From Mobula birostris (Eukaryota), in the NCBI RefSeq assembly GCF_030028105.1, contig NC_092379.1, forward strand, positions 26,343,821 through 26,407,820: DNA of 64,000 nt. The letters run 5' to 3'. The position numbers and the translations under genes were made by a program. Positions 13,151 through 26,912 of this stretch are shown here, in pieces. Under the pieces are notes generated by a model. That model had not been told where the DNA came from. It did no database searches and saw nothing but the letters and a program-made list of their open reading frames with translations. Within the stretch, counting starts at the first letter, position 1; each line of letters begins with the position of its first letter.

Positions 13151-14389
13151 GAAGACTGTATTATGAATCGCTTAATATCTTTCAAGGTCATAAGGATATG
13201 ACTATTTTTTGAGGAAGAGTGTACACACTGGTTAAGATTTTTACTTCTGTGTCGTAGGTATTTCATTGTAGTAGTTTTGTACAAACAGGCTGTTCTATTT
13301 TCAGCTTATTTTGGAATTGAAATAAAGATTAGGAGCTTTCTTGTTCAATTTAGGAGCGTGGTGTCACTTAACTACGATGGTGTAATTGGGGATAAGGTTC
13401 TACAGAACGTGAGGCGGAGATGTTTTGTGTGGGACTCCAGTCGGAGTGATGTCCTATTTGGCAGAAGCTGGGAAAAGACAGGACGAAGGATGGCTGAGGA
13501 TGCCGTTCCTGCTGCACAAAGTGCTTTGTTCAGACAAATACTTCATGGAAAACTCCCTTGGGAGACTCGTTTCTACCAGATAGATTGCAAGCGAAAATCT
13601 TCGCATTGGCTTGCCTTCATATTTCTATCTCGCTCACTGATCTTTCTCCAACAGAAGTCGCAGAAATAGTATATATGCAATCCGCAGCTGAGTATTCAGC
13701 AAATGCACAGACCAACGTGTGTGGGATCTGCAGGTGACGAATCGTAATTAACTTGGTACTCCAATCTTAGGGATCCTTCTATGCTAGGAAGACCGGTAGC
13801 ATCAAGGGAAACCCGTTATAGTGCCTCTGACGTCAATTTTCGTGATATTTCTGAACCGCAGGCTTCTCTGCAGTTGTTACTGCGCGATCGTGATGTCTTC
13901 CAGGGTAAGGCCTCAAAATCCCCGACTTTGCCTGCCTGCTCTTAGCGACCGAGATTGAGGTCGAATCGTTCGGATAGAGATCGTGCTCGATACTCGGTGT
14001 TGGATGCTGATCGGAGGCTCGAAGTTTTCCGGACGACTCAGAGTCGGACTGTGTTCGGGCATGGCAGTGAGAGTTTTTCTTTCTTCTCCGGTCTGCATGA
14101 TATGTTGGACATTTGAAAGACTTTGAACTTTTTATTGTGCTCATGGACGGTTCTTCATCAAGCTATGGTATTGTTGCACTGTTGTAACTATATGTTATAA
14201 TTACGTGATTGTGTTAGTTTTTTTTCAGTCTTGGTCTGTCCTGTGTTTTTTGTGAAATCACACCGGAGGAAATATTGTATCATTTCTTAATGCATGCATT
14301 ACAAAATGACAATAAACGAGGGCTGCGTGTCTTCATAATCTGATCTAATAGATAACCTGGTAACTTCGGTACAGCCACGCGCCAGCGCA

Positions 14390-14586
14390 GTTCTCTACAG
14401 CTGAAACTGAACTACAGCATAAGGCGTCACAGTTGCCATACACTCATCCCAAGAAAATGTGGATATCAAAGCCTCAGACATGGGGTTGCTGACGAAAGCG
14501 TGAACATTGAATCCATAAATCTGAACAGAATCGTCGATCAGCTACTAGAATTAAACTTCAATGACGGGCAGCTTCCCTCCCAGCAT
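14390..14586 (-). pseudogene. Possible leaderless V-like relic (B) downstream of relic A
   Basis: Polypyrimidine acceptor, then IDDSVQ (cf. RGDGVHQ) and QFQL; aligns with 26913-27134. Much shorter than a V domain, so weak. Confidence 0.3.
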
Positions 14587-14748
14587 CTGAATTGAAAAGC
14601 ACAATAAGAAAGTAATAGACTGGAGCGGCTAAGGCTCATCCACACCATCGATTTTTCACAGTACTGCGTTCTCGGACCTTTTCGCTTCTCCTGGAGTTCG
14701 CTGTCAATTTATGTTTTAACTCTTTTTTCAGGTTTCCCGTTAGCACTA

Positions 14749-15725
14749 GCAGTAGTCCAGACTCACCGAATGGAAGTAACGACCAAGTAACAATCAAGAT
14801 AATAACTGGAAGGTAGATAAATAAGAAACTGATCAGCTGCGATATGCCTATATTTATTTAAATCTCGCTCCCGAACACATCCAACCTTCGCTTTGTTGTT
14901 TGTAAGTCTAGTTCGCAGTGTCATGGTCAACCGATGTTGAAATCCTTGTGGTCCCACAGATCTGGACGGTTACACAGAATTTTGGAATTGTTGGAGAAGT
15001 TCAGAGCCACACTTTTCCAGGATGATCATGAGATGAGGCATGTTTTTCTTGGCGGTCCATGGAAGTAGTAAATAAAGACTCAATTGTAGAAAGAAACAGA
15101 CTTGCTAAATCGACGAAAACGAGAAAGAACGAAGAAAACAAGAGAAAGAAACAGAAAACTAGATAGATCGATACATAAATGGGCTGATTAACATATAGAA
15201 AAATAAAGAGAAAGTGGAGACAGTGGGAAGAAAGAGGGGGGAGAGAGTGAGAGTGAGAGTGAGAGAGAGAGAGAGATTTGAAACGCAGTACAATGCAAAG
15301 ATACACACATGAACATGCTGTTGGCGAGAGAGAGTGCGGATGTCTCAATTTGATTTTCATGTTGTTTGCCTAATTTTACAATTCCACTTGGTTCGCTTTT
15401 GCACTTACCATGAGATTTTATTATCCGACTCATTTTCACCATAATCGTTTCTTACCGGGAAGTTAACGGGTTTTGCATGTTAGACAGAATACACTGACTA
15501 CGAATAAGCCCATTAACCTCTGACTTGCAGAAAGCTGGGGGGAAAAATGCTTAATACCAACAAATGAGAATTTTCAAAGCCACCCTGTATAACAAACATA
15601 TGCCTGTAAACGTTGATCAACAATTCATTCAGCTGTTACTTCATTAAGTCTCGGCATTTTACTCAAATGCAATAGTAAGCACTCACCAGAAACTGATCCA
15701 AGCGTGATCTAAGGTCGACATTCTT
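14749..15725 (-). pseudogene. Decayed TCR V relic (A) with leader-like exon
   Basis: Leader-like ...ITLGSVS/G with GTGAGT donor at 15686-15681. Exon reads KSVALN(F)...LW (W at 14954-14956, 14 codons after the C23 position), KRRLDVF, ISQL, and ggtgagtctggactactgc resembling (G/S)DS..YYC ending at 14749. Confidence 0.5.
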
Positions 15726-16589
15726 TCTCCCCACACATCCCCAACGGTTCTTCAACTCAGATCCCGACCGTAGCACGACTTGTCAGAAATCTAGTCGCAG
15801 CATCCTTGACAAATCACAGCAAGAGTGCCACTTCCCTTCCGAGCAGCTGAGCTAGCGCAATACCTTAGTACCTTCTGCCCATACAAAGCTGTGAATTATG
15901 CAAAACCATTTTTGCTCTGGTGATTAATCTCTTCCTTCAAAGGACAACAAAGTAATCTCGTTCAGGAGTGTGGTTCACCAGCACCAGTACTTGACCAGAC
16001 GTCTGTCATCCTACATGATAGTGTGCAAAGGCCAGACTTCCTCCCCATCCTCTGTTATTCAGTCGGAGTGCGAAGGGAATTCATTTTCCGTGTGTAACTA
16101 GAAAGGAGTCACTTCTTGAGGCTTGCTGTTGGAGAGTCTATATACTGCCAAGGAAAGACTGACAGATTCAACTCCTATTTTCAATATCGGTGGATGCTGA
16201 AAGTGAAAAATATGAGCACTACTCAGCCACGGTGAAGCCCAGAAGCTGCATATCCAGTAAGAACAATTGAATATTGTAGTGCCAAGCTTCTTAGGACATT
16301 CGGCCCAAGTACATGTTGCTGCTCGCCCTCATGGTTTTGCCGATATTCATATGGTTTATTTTCGGAGTAAATTATTATATCAATGAGTTTCGTAATTCAT
16401 ATCGTAATATTGATCGAGAATATAGATCAAGTGTCTGCAGCACATTTACGTGTCAACCATGCACCTCACACAATCCATCTAACTAAATTTTGCATACAAT
16501 ACATGAAAAATGAATTGTTTTATTTTCTACTTAACAATCCGTATCCTCCATTCAGGATCATTTTATTCGACTGTTTGTGTGAGCAGTGA

Positions 16590-19500
16590 CAATATTCTCA
16601 GGGTGTTAAAACCTTCCTTCCCCTCCACCAAATTTAGTCAAGTCCTCATAACATTGTGATTATTTGCCAACCCTACATTCAAAGCAGAAAATCAAACACT
16701 GGTGTATAAGGTAGTGACATAGCTCCCCACTGCAGTTAGAGGACAAACTCTGTTCCCCCGGTGCTACGTAGGCTGGCCTATCCATTTGTCTCAATACTTT
16801 AAAACCCTGTATCGGCTCATCTGCTCCTTTAGGTTCTGACACCTCTTGGGCTATTTCTGGTCTCCCTGGCGCGGCCTTCCCCGGTTTATGAATCGTGTCC
16901 ACCTGAAACTTGGAACCCTTGGCTCAACCTCGCTTTATCCCGTGCAGGTTCGTGCTGTACTCCGCTGTCCACAAATAGCATCTCCCACATCATCCCCCGC
17001 CACGGCTCCTGAATTCACCAGACACCGTGGGAAGGATTGGGAATATCTTCCACAATCATTGGGGAGTTAGCAAAAGGCAACATATAAGACACCCCCATTT
17101 ACTCATCCTCCCAGTCAGTATCCCTTACAGGGCCGGTGGCCGGTCTAATCTCTCATGCTGTTGGTAGTACAGACACCGTTCGTTTCCACAGAGTCCACTT
17201 ACGAGTTTTAAGCTCCAGTTCAGGCTGTGGGTCAACCCGCTCCAATTGTCTCAGAGGCAGAAGTTTGTTCCTATCGAGAATCTTCACAGACTCATTCCCA
17301 TCCTTGTCTTACTCGGAAAATTGGTATATCTGGCATCTGAATCTTCACTTCATATGGCATAGCCGCCCACCGGAGAGCCAACGTATGCTTCCCAAGTATA
17401 CCCGAATTTCCTCAGAGGACCTGGTCTCCCGGCATGACTTGACAGGAACTAACCTTTCAATCATACATTCTCTTATTTACTTTACTCTGCTTGGCATTCG
17501 CGACCTCAGCTATTCATGACCTTTTTAAGCTCCTTTCACATATTACACACATACTTAAAATAAATTTCAGTAGAACGTCTTCTTAGCTCGTCCCAAAGCG
17601 AAAGTCAATAGGCAACCTCGCCTCGAGCCCGAACACCAGATAATATGGCGAGTACCTGGTATAATCATTTCGTTTGCAGTTGTGGCTGTGGACCAGAAGT
17701 TTATTACGTTGAAACAGCTAGGTCAAAGGGCCCCGCATTCTATAAGTGGGACAACGTTGAGGCCCTCGTTGGCAGCGTTTTCTTCAGTCCAGCGCCCTCA
17801 TTACAGCGTCGAATGCAAGGTTTATAATATTCCTTGACCGTCGGCTAATTCGTGGCAGGTAAAACCGTTCCGTTCTCTGTGCAATCCATAGGTCTTTTCG
17901 ACTCCAGAATGTCCAGGATCATCAAGAAGTTACTTGAACACAATTCTCCGATACTTCTCAGGCAGAACCAGTTGGGAACGCCGAGGCAGATCAAGAGGCT
18001 ACATGACGTTGTAAAGGTTCTGGTTCACCAACTCCACGCCGGGCCATTCTCTCAGTAATCGAGGCACCGCAGCGTGTTTCGTCGTATCTGCTTGGGCCAC
18101 GTCTCCCTTCTCGACCGTTGACAAAATGATACCGATGCTTCAGCCATCATGCTGAGCAGCTGCCACATCCCCAGGACTTAATTGCGGTGACTGGTTTGTC
18201 TTCGGAGCAATAACATTACAACAAACTTACTCAATAGCGTCATCAGATGCTCCGACTTGATCTACCATTCGATCCGTTCCTTGAATTCTGTCTTCCTTCA
18301 CCACGATGGCAAACTGACATATGGCTATCGCTACCGGGGCAGCAACGTTCTCCCACTCTTCGCCCCTATCCAGCCCCTTATGAGCACATTGTGACAAAGC
18401 TTCGGGGTCAATGTTCCTCCTTCCCGACCAGTACTTCAGGCTGACATCACAGGCAAACACTTCCACGAACCACCGATGGACATAACAGCAGCAGCCAATT
18501 TCAAACGATATTTCGATATGTTAGGGGTTTGTTTTCCGTCCTCAACTCAAACCTGGCACAATAGTGGTAGTCATCAAATTTATTCACCACAGCCTATTTG
18601 AACGCCAGAAACTCTAAACTGTGCATCGATAGATTGTCTTAGATTTCGGCCTATTCCGGTTAACAAAGGCAACAGGTTTCAACATTTAGAAACATAGAAA
18701 AACTACAGCACAATACAGGCATTTTAGCCCACGACGTCGTGCAGAAGAAGTCCCTGCTTCAGAAATTACTAAGATTACCCATAGCCCTCTATTAATTGTA
18801 AGCTCTATGTAGCTATCAAAAAGTATCTCAAAAGACCCTATCGTATCCGCCTCCACAATCCTTGCCGACAGCCCCCTGCACGTCTCATCACATTCTGCGT
18901 AAAAAAAAAAGAAAAAAATCGTACCCCGACGTCCTCTGCACCTACTCGGAAGCACATTAAACATGTGGCCTATTGTGGCAGCCATTTCAGCCCTGGAAAA
19001 CAAGTCTCTGACTATCTACACGATCAATGCCTCTCATCATCTTATACACCTCTGTCAGGTCACCTCTCATCCTCCGTCGCGCCAAGGAGAAAAGGCCGAG
19101 TTCAAACAACCAGTTCTCGTAAGGCATGATCCTCAATCCAGGCAACATCCCTGGAAATCTCTTCTGCACCTTTTCAACGGTTTCCACATGCTTCCTGTAT
19201 TGAGGGGACCAGATGTGAGCACAGTACTCGAAGTGGGGTCAGACCTGTGTCCTATATAGCTGCAACATTACCTCTCGGCTCGTAAATTCAATTCGACGAT
19301 TGATGAATGTCAATACACAGTATTCCTTCTTAACCACAGAGCCAATCTGAACAGCTGCTTTAAGCGTCCTTTGCACTCGGGCCCCATGATCCCTCTGATC
19401 CTCCTTACTGTTAAGAGTATTAACATTAACACTATATTCTGCCATCATGATTGACCTACGAAAATGAAGCACTTCACACTTATCTGGATTGAACTCCATC

Positions 19501-22500
19501 TGCCAGTTCTCAGCCCAGTTTTGCATTTTATCAATGCCCCCCCCCCCCCTGTTAATTCTGACAGGCCTCCAGACTATTCACTCAACCCTCAACGTTTGTG
19601 TCATCAGCAAACGTACCAACCCATCGCTCCACTTCCACATGCAGGTCACTTATAAAAATCACGACGACGAAGTGTCCTAGAACTGATCCCTAAGGCACAG
19701 TACTGGTCGCCGGCCTCCACGCAGAACATACCCGTCGACAACTAGTGTTTGTCTTCTGTGGGCAAGCCAGTTCTGGATCTACAAAGCAATGTCCCAATGG
19801 ATTCCACACCTCCTTACATTCTCAATAAGCCTTGTTTGGGGTGCCTTATCAAATGCCTTGCTGAAATCCATATGCACCACATTAACTGTTCTTCATTCAT
19901 CAATGTGTTTCGCTAGATATTCAAAAAAATCAATCAGGCTTGTCAGGCACGACCTGCCCTTGATAAAGCCATACTGACTATTCCTAATGGTACATTATGC
20001 CTCACCAAATGTTCATAATTCCTGCCTCTCAGGATCTTCTCTATCAAATTACCATGAACTGAAGTAAGACACACTGGTCTATAAATTCCTGGGCTATCTC
20101 TACACCCTTTCTTGAATAAGGGAACGACATCCGCAACGCACCAATCCTCCGGGACCTCTCCTGTCCCCATTGATGATGCGAAGATCATCGCCAGAGGCGC
20201 AGCAATCTCTTCCTCCATCTCCCACTATAGCCTGGTTACATCTCATCCGGTCCCGACGACTTACCCAAATTGATGCATTCCAAAAGCTCCAGCACATCCC
20301 CTTTCTTAATATCTACATGCTCAAGCTTTTCCGTCGGCTACAAGTCATCACTACAATTCCGAAGATCATTTTCCATAGTGAAGTCTGAAGTAAAATATTC
20401 ATTAAGCACCTCTGCTATTTCCTCCGGTTCCATACACACTTCCCTACTGTCACACTTGATAGCTCCAATACTTTCACGTTTTATCCTCGTACTTTTCACA
20501 TACTTGTAGAATGGCTTGGAGTTTTCCTTAATCCTGCCCGCCAAGGCCTTTTGATGCCCCTTTCTGGCTCTTCTAATTTCCTTCTTAAGCTCCTTCCTGT
20601 TATCCTTACAATCTTCTGGATCACTAACATTACCTAGCCATCTGAACCTTCGTAAGCTTTTCTTTTCTTCTTGACTAGATTTACTGCAGCTTTTGTACTC
20701 GACCATAACTTTGTCTCATTGCAAAGTACCTATGCATAACTCCACACAAATATCCCCTGAATTTGCCGCATTTCTTCTGTACTGTTCCCTGAGAACATAT
20801 GCTCCCAATTTACGCTTCGAAGTTCCTGCCTGTTAGCCTCATAATTCGCCTTACTCCAATTAAATGCTTTTCTAAATTGCATGTTCCTATCTCGCTCCAA
20901 TGCTGTTGTAGAGGAGATATAAATATGATTACTATCTCCAAAATGCTCTCCCACTGAGAGATCTGACACCTGATCAGGTTTATTTCATAATTCCAAATCA
21001 AGTATAGTCTCTCCTCCGGTAGGCTTATCTACCTATTGTTTCATGAACCTTCCTGAACACACATAACAAACTCCACTCCATCTAAACCGCTTGGTCTAGG
21101 AAGATACCAATCGATATTTGGGAAATTAAAATATGCCGCCACGACAACTCTGTTCTTATTACGCCTTCCCAGGATCTGTTTCCCTATCTGTTCTTCGATA
21201 ACCCTGATACTATTGGGCGCCCTATAAAAACACCCAGTAGAGTTATTGATCCCTTCCTGTTCCTAACTTCCACACACAGAGACTCCACACAATCCTTCCA
21301 TGCGGTCCACCTTTTCTGCAGCCATGGCACTATCTCTGGTTAGCAGTTCCACATCCTCACCTCTTCGCCTCCCTCCATGTCCTTTCTGAAACACCTACAA
21401 CCTTGCACCAGAAGTAATTAATCCTGTCCGTGAGCCATCCAATTCTCTGTAATGGCCACTCCATCATAGCTCCAAGTTCTGATCCAGGTTTTAAGCTCAT
21501 CGACTTTGTTCACATTATTCGTTGAGTTAATGTTGACACATCTCAAAATGTCGGTCTGAGCGCGACCCTTCACTATCACCTGCTTATCCTCCCTCACACA
21601 CTGTCTCCCAGGTTTCTCTATTAGTGATCCAACGTCCTTTTCACCAGTCTCTTCTGTTCCGCTATCACTCCCCAACAATTCTAGTTTAAACTCTCTCCAG
21701 TAACCTTAGCAAACCTCCGCGCCAGTATATGGTCTCCACTGGGATTCAAGTGCAACACAGGCCTTTGATTGTGACACAGGACGAGCCCAGAGCCATCTCT
21801 GGTGGCAACCGTATGTGTTACATACGGCAATCGGGGTCTGCAAAAGCCAGCACACGCGCCGGACTCAGCAGATCATTTAGCGATTGAAAGAGCTCTTCAC
21901 ATTTCGCATCCCACCAGGTCCAAAAGAGTCCGAAGGTCTAGGATACGCTTTACTCTCCTCTACTTTTGCCCCCCTCGCTTTCTTCCCCAAGGAAGGGTCA
22001 CCACCAAAAGATGATTTAAAGAGTGACTCACCTTCGCGTATCCATTCACGCATCTCAGGCGGAACCGTCGGAATCCAAGAAAGGAGCGCTAAACGCTCAC
22101 AGTCTGGGGCCCTGCCCATGAGGTCATCGCCTCTATCTTAGACGGATCTTATCTGCGCCTTCCCAGGGACCATGTGCTTAACATTGCTGACAGACGTCTT
22201 GCAAAACTGGCACTTCACTAGAGAAAGTTTTAACCCTTCAGCTTTCAGACGACCCAGCACATTACGTAGAATCGCTTCATACTCCTCCAAGGTGGATCCA
22301 AACTCTATGAGTTCGTCCAGAAACACCAATACATTACGAATGTCATATTTCCCACTATTTTCTCCATGGCATGCTGAAAATTCGCAGGTGCGGCGGATAT
22401 GCTCTGGGACACCTTTTCGAACTGGAAGAATCCCAATGGTAAAATAAATGCCCTCTTCTCGTTCTCAGCCTCACACATGGGAATCTGGTAATATCAACTC

Positions 22501-24850
22501 CACAAATCCAGCACACTGATCCACTCCGCTCCAGTCAAACAGGCGAGCGATCTGTTGGACCGTATACTGTTCGGGACGTACGTCTGTTCAGACTCTAATA
22601 GTCTACATACATCCGTACCTCCAATTATTTTTCCTGACCCCAACAACGGGGACGCATAGGGTCTTCTGGACTCATTGATGGTACCAGCTTCTTTCTACTT
22701 ACAGAAATAGAGCTAAACGTAGGCCACGACCTATCCCTGAACTGGGTGACTTGTGTTACCCGGATAGTGTGAAGAGTGCTCTTGGAAAAACCCACATCAA
22801 ACTCGTCAATGGAAAAACAAACCTTCCAGTCTCAACAACGTCTGTATATGCCTATTCTTTCAACCCGTATGTACCGGTGATCTCCCAAAGTTGACTGACA
22901 AAGCGGTCAAATTCGCACATTTTCCGATAGGTTCTCTCCGGCCTCTCTCATTAAGACACTGGACGTTACTGCCACCGAGAAGAGATGCACATGGGCATCC
23001 TCCGCCTGAACGTGACCTCCTTCGTCGTAGTGTTGCTGCCAATCAATGCTATCCTGATCGCCTGTATAACCAAGGATTTCTGCATTTTGGGTCTGACCAG
23101 TATTCCAGAACGAAATCCCAACTCCCGCTCGTGGTCTGCCGGAGCATCCAACAAGAAAACCTCCCACTAGGGCATTCCGAGAAGTTTAGAGTATCCTATT
23201 ACTCTCGCTTCTTCCCTGGGCCGTAACGAATAACGTTCTCAGGAAGCTTTATAAAGCTTTCTCCTTGCAACCTTCCATGAGCCTCCCCACAATAGGAGTG
23301 TTGCTCCTCATAACGAATGAAACACCGCACTTCTGTACATGGTCAGGTCAAACTAGTGCTAATATATCAAGCTCCTGAACCGCTCACACATCGGCCTCCA
23401 ACAACTCAAACTTCACTGACAAATAACCATCACCGAGATATTCACTCAGACTTAACTCTCAGATGTCTAGTGTACTGAGTCACATCAGTGGTAAATCCGT
23501 CAAATACTGTTAGAAAAATGAACAGTACAGCAAAGAGATCTGCGTCCCTGTGTCAAGTATGACTCTTGCATAAACATCCTGTATCTGTATCGATACACTG
23601 GAGCTTAGCCCCCTTAAGGGTTTAGGATTTTTTTTTTTTGATTTTGTGTGTTCCTTGATATATTGCAGGGAATATGTTCCCTCCGATGCGCCAGGCCATC
23701 CCCATGATGCGTCTCTTTTTAAGTATTCACATCGACTTCCTCTGCTTAGGTGCTCAGGGTCTCACTCTCTTAGGGCTTTCCCTTCGTTCACGATCCCGAC
23801 TGAAGTGTCCCTCATCACCACATTTGTACCAGACAAAAAAGGCCGCTCGCTTTCTCTCCTTAGTATATCCGCCTCCCTATCAACACCACATAACGTGGAC
23901 CCGCTGATAACAAAGGGGATCTCTCAGTTCATCAACTCTGCCACAATCTGTTCTACCACTCCTTGGAGCAGGGAATCCGTGGTCACATCCCCGCAGCGGA
24001 CTACTGCCGATGACTATACCCTACCGACGATTGTACCCTGCTGCCGGAGGCCTCCCGCTCCTCAGAAGCATTGTCCCCCTTTCGTACTTTTTTGTCAAAT
24101 TCAACAAATGATGGAGGGCGATGCGTCCTACGAGACAATCGGGAACCCCAAGCGATCAGGTTCAGAGACTGGGCGCGTTTCGCTATTTGCTCCATCCTTG
24201 GCCACTCTGCGCCATAAGCAATTTAACTGCCTCTCCAGCCGAAAGATTTAGCATAACGCTGCTGTCCCTTCTCTTTACACCCGTTCTGAAACCCCGTCAT
24301 GAACTGCAATGTGTTTCCCGTCGTCGCACCGAACACCTTCTCGCATTCGCATGTACGCCGCAGAAGCGCAAGGGACTTCTGTACCTTTACAGCTCTCACA
24401 ATGACAGCAGCCCGCCCACTCCAACTTTCAACCAATCGTGTCGTTTTACGTCATCCGAGCACTGCCACTCATCTGACAATTCACACGTTTGTTCTGCCCA
24501 ATTCTCATACTCCTCTTCCCATTCATGGGTAGGCTTCGTTTTTTTTGGGGGGGGGGGCAGGCGAAGACTGCGATAGCTGGGAATATTAACCTGAGGACTT
24601 TGTTTCCATTTATTCTGCATAGAGGTAAGGGCGGATACTAACTCATATTTTTTTTTACTTCTCACTGGGAGGCAGGGACTCATTAGACATTCCAAATCAG
24701 ACCACTCCTTCCTCTCCCTCAGCAGAAACAAGAAAACACTGTCTTTAAAGACTCTGTCTCCATCTGCGGCAGGCTCGACTTGGGATTTGACCCTCATCCT
24801 TATACTCTACTCCTCCGGGCAAGTATTGTCAGTTCACGGCCACCCTTGTC
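16590..24850 (-). mobile_element. Decayed Ty3/Gypsy element with PNMA-like gag, split by a CR1 in RNase H
   Basis: Gag ORF 24396-24797 (EEEYENWAEQTCELSDEWQCSDDVKR), protease ~23600, RT 22138-22329 (VFLDELIEFGSTLEEYE), RNase H DPRLPYVTHT..RDG (21850-21770) continuing as KPVAFV...SLKYWSGRRNIDPEALS (18680-18380), integrase GHSGVEKTY (~17900), purine-rich PPT at ~16615-16635. Confidence 0.85.
18685..21752 (-). mobile_element. CR1 LINE (end of ORF1, APE, RT, 3' tail) nested in the Gypsy element
   Basis: Minus ORFs 21418-21678, 20338-20706, 19943-20218 (VVPLFKKG, YRPVCLTS), 19239-19526, 18987-19187; tail tagaaacataga at 18686. The 5-mer CAACA flanks both ends (18680-18684, 21753-21757). Confidence 0.9.
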
Positions 24851-24959
24851 CTGGGACACCTATATTGACAGGCAGAGCACTGATTGTCTGAACTAAAACA
24901 ATGTATGTACTCGTCATGATGTCATATCTCTGCCCCGCAATCGTATCTCTACAGCGTTC

Positions 24960-25190
24960 AGAGTACTTAAAAGTTGGACTAACACATCATTGGGAGTTCG
25001 AATGTCTACCCCTCTCAATACGCACGTATTTCTTACCAGTAGACACATGGGTGAAAGAAAAAAAATGGTTATGGGGTATTGTGGGTTTCGTACGTTTTTT
25101 TAATAAATATATGGGTCAGCAAAACATCGTGGGCCGAAGGGCCTGTACTGTGCTGTAGTATTCTAGTGTCTGCTGTCTAGTGTCTACTGT
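24960..25190 (+). mobile_element. CR1 3' end with short-repeat tail
   Basis: gggccgaagggcctgtactgtgctgtagtattctagtgtctgctgtctagtgtcta resembles the 3' UTR and tail of other CR1 copies in the window. Confidence 0.6.
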
Positions 25191-25776
25191 TCAAGATTCG
25201 TGCACCTATATTTCTGAAAAGTTGGGGTACATGTGTGACTCGAGCGATTGCATCTAACATTGGTTCCTAAAATTTAAGAGGGAGAACGGTTGCACAACTA
25301 TGACAATCCCGAAATGGCTGATGGTCTTTTCGGCTGGTAAGATGGAGGTGGACTATTGTTTTACACAGCGGCTGATTATTTGGTTTATCGAGCTGCGGAT
25401 TCTTCTTTTGTGCTTTATACGTACTTTTCTAGGGTTCTTAAAATTCAGAAGGGGTGATTTTCATGGTGCCGTGTATTTCAAGCTGTGAAATGATAGCTTA
25501 CTTGCCAGTCGATAGCGGCTACCGCCACGGCCGTCCTTAATTGGCCCTCTCGAAAGCTACAGGAGCTTTATGTCAGTGGTTTCCATGAGTGCGGCGACGG
25601 AAATGCCCAGTTACAGACGCAATTGCCGCGTACGAATAGCAGGTGCGAGAGATTCACCTGTTTTGCCTTTGCTTAAAAGAGTTCTGTTTTACACACAGAG
25701 GTTGCGATCAGTGCTGAAGAACCTATTGGAAAGTATGCTACAAATAGAGCATGCAAACAAAACATTGACGCATGTG

Positions 25777-26708
25777 CACGCTCAGCTTGGTTTCTGTTCA
25801 AAGTTTCGTTTTCATACTGTAAATAGACAAAACTTCATGAAATACCGCCTGAGCGTTTCGTAACATAGGATGGTGTCGATAAGCATCCGTTTGACGTCGT
25901 ATTGTAAACGAAAAATGATTCTATTTTTCTGCGAAGTAATGCTTAATGTACTTATTCGTAGCCATAGTCTGTTGTCCAGTTTACCAATCCCTTAAACATG
26001 CTTGATCTTAATAACGATGCCGGTGAGAATGAGTGGAATGAAAAAAAAAAATCTCCTGGTCATTGGAAACAGGACAGCACGACGTTTGTAAAATAAGGCT
26101 GAATATAACACATTAACCTGATACATTCCTCCTTCATCTCACGCCATCAACATGCCTTATGTACGTTTGTGTTAACCCTCGTGCTTCAAATCTCTCTCTC
26201 TCTCTCTCTCCCCCACCCTCTCTCTCTCTTTCCCTCGCTCTCTATGTTCCGTTCAATCTAAGGATCGATCTATCGAGCTGTTTTGTTTATTTGTATTTTG
26301 TTTTCTTTTCGATTTAACAAGCGTGCCGCATTAGAAAATGGAGTCTCCTTCGTGGCTGAGCTATTAGACTGGTACATTGAAACTCCATCATAGTTTTACA
26401 GTATAATGCTTATCTTCTCTCATGAATTGACAAGAAAAGTGCACGTTAACTCGATATCATCCTGGGAAAGTATGAATCTGAACTGCCGCGGCCATTTCCA
26501 GAATGCTGAGTTCCCTTCAGATCTATGGGATAGCTGAAACTGTGAACCATTGAAAGTCGAAGTATTCATGAGTTTTCTAGTGCTCTATAAAAATATTGGT
26601 CTAATGTAACTGGCCAATCTCTTATGTTTCTAACTTTGAGGAACAGATTTTTATCTTGATTATCTTCAGTTTGTTTTCGATCCCATTCAGTCCTCCGCCT
26701 TGCGACGC
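25777..26708 (+). pseudogene. Decayed TCR V relic (A'), inverted paralogue of 14749-15725
   Basis: One frame reads ESMNLNC(26484)RGHFQNAEFPSDLW(26526)...EPLK...GTDFYL...DPIQSSALRR(26708). The C23-W41 spacing of 14 codons equals that of the V at 9.5 kb, and the end resembles DSAVYYCALR. Donor and acceptor are degraded. Confidence 0.5.
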
Positions 26709-26912
26709 TTGAGATTGGGACACACAATTTAGCACCATCGTCAAACTTGCTAACAGAGCTGAAGCAGGAATTGATCACGAAGTCCAAAGTCCAAGGAAAT
26801 AGAAAAGGGCTGAAAAGGCATTATTCTGGGCCATTGACGGTGAATAAGATTAGAACGTGTTCTCAGCTTTTTTTTTTTTTTGTTTTTGTTTTTTTATGAT
26901 TATGCTCAGCAG

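Noticed and set aside
14767-14830. Hydrophobic IILIVTWSLLPF followed by GTGAGT, read at first as a leader exon
   Set aside because: No ATG; alignment with the 26.6 kb paralogue shows it is more likely V FR3 read out of frame, with GTGAGT being the (G)DS codons.
23646-24576. Long plus-strand ORFs (201 and 151 aa), and similar long ORFs at 28433-29433, 45187-45639 and 60031-60885
   Set aside because: Antisense or alternative-frame shadows of Gypsy, Penelope and CR1 coding regions.
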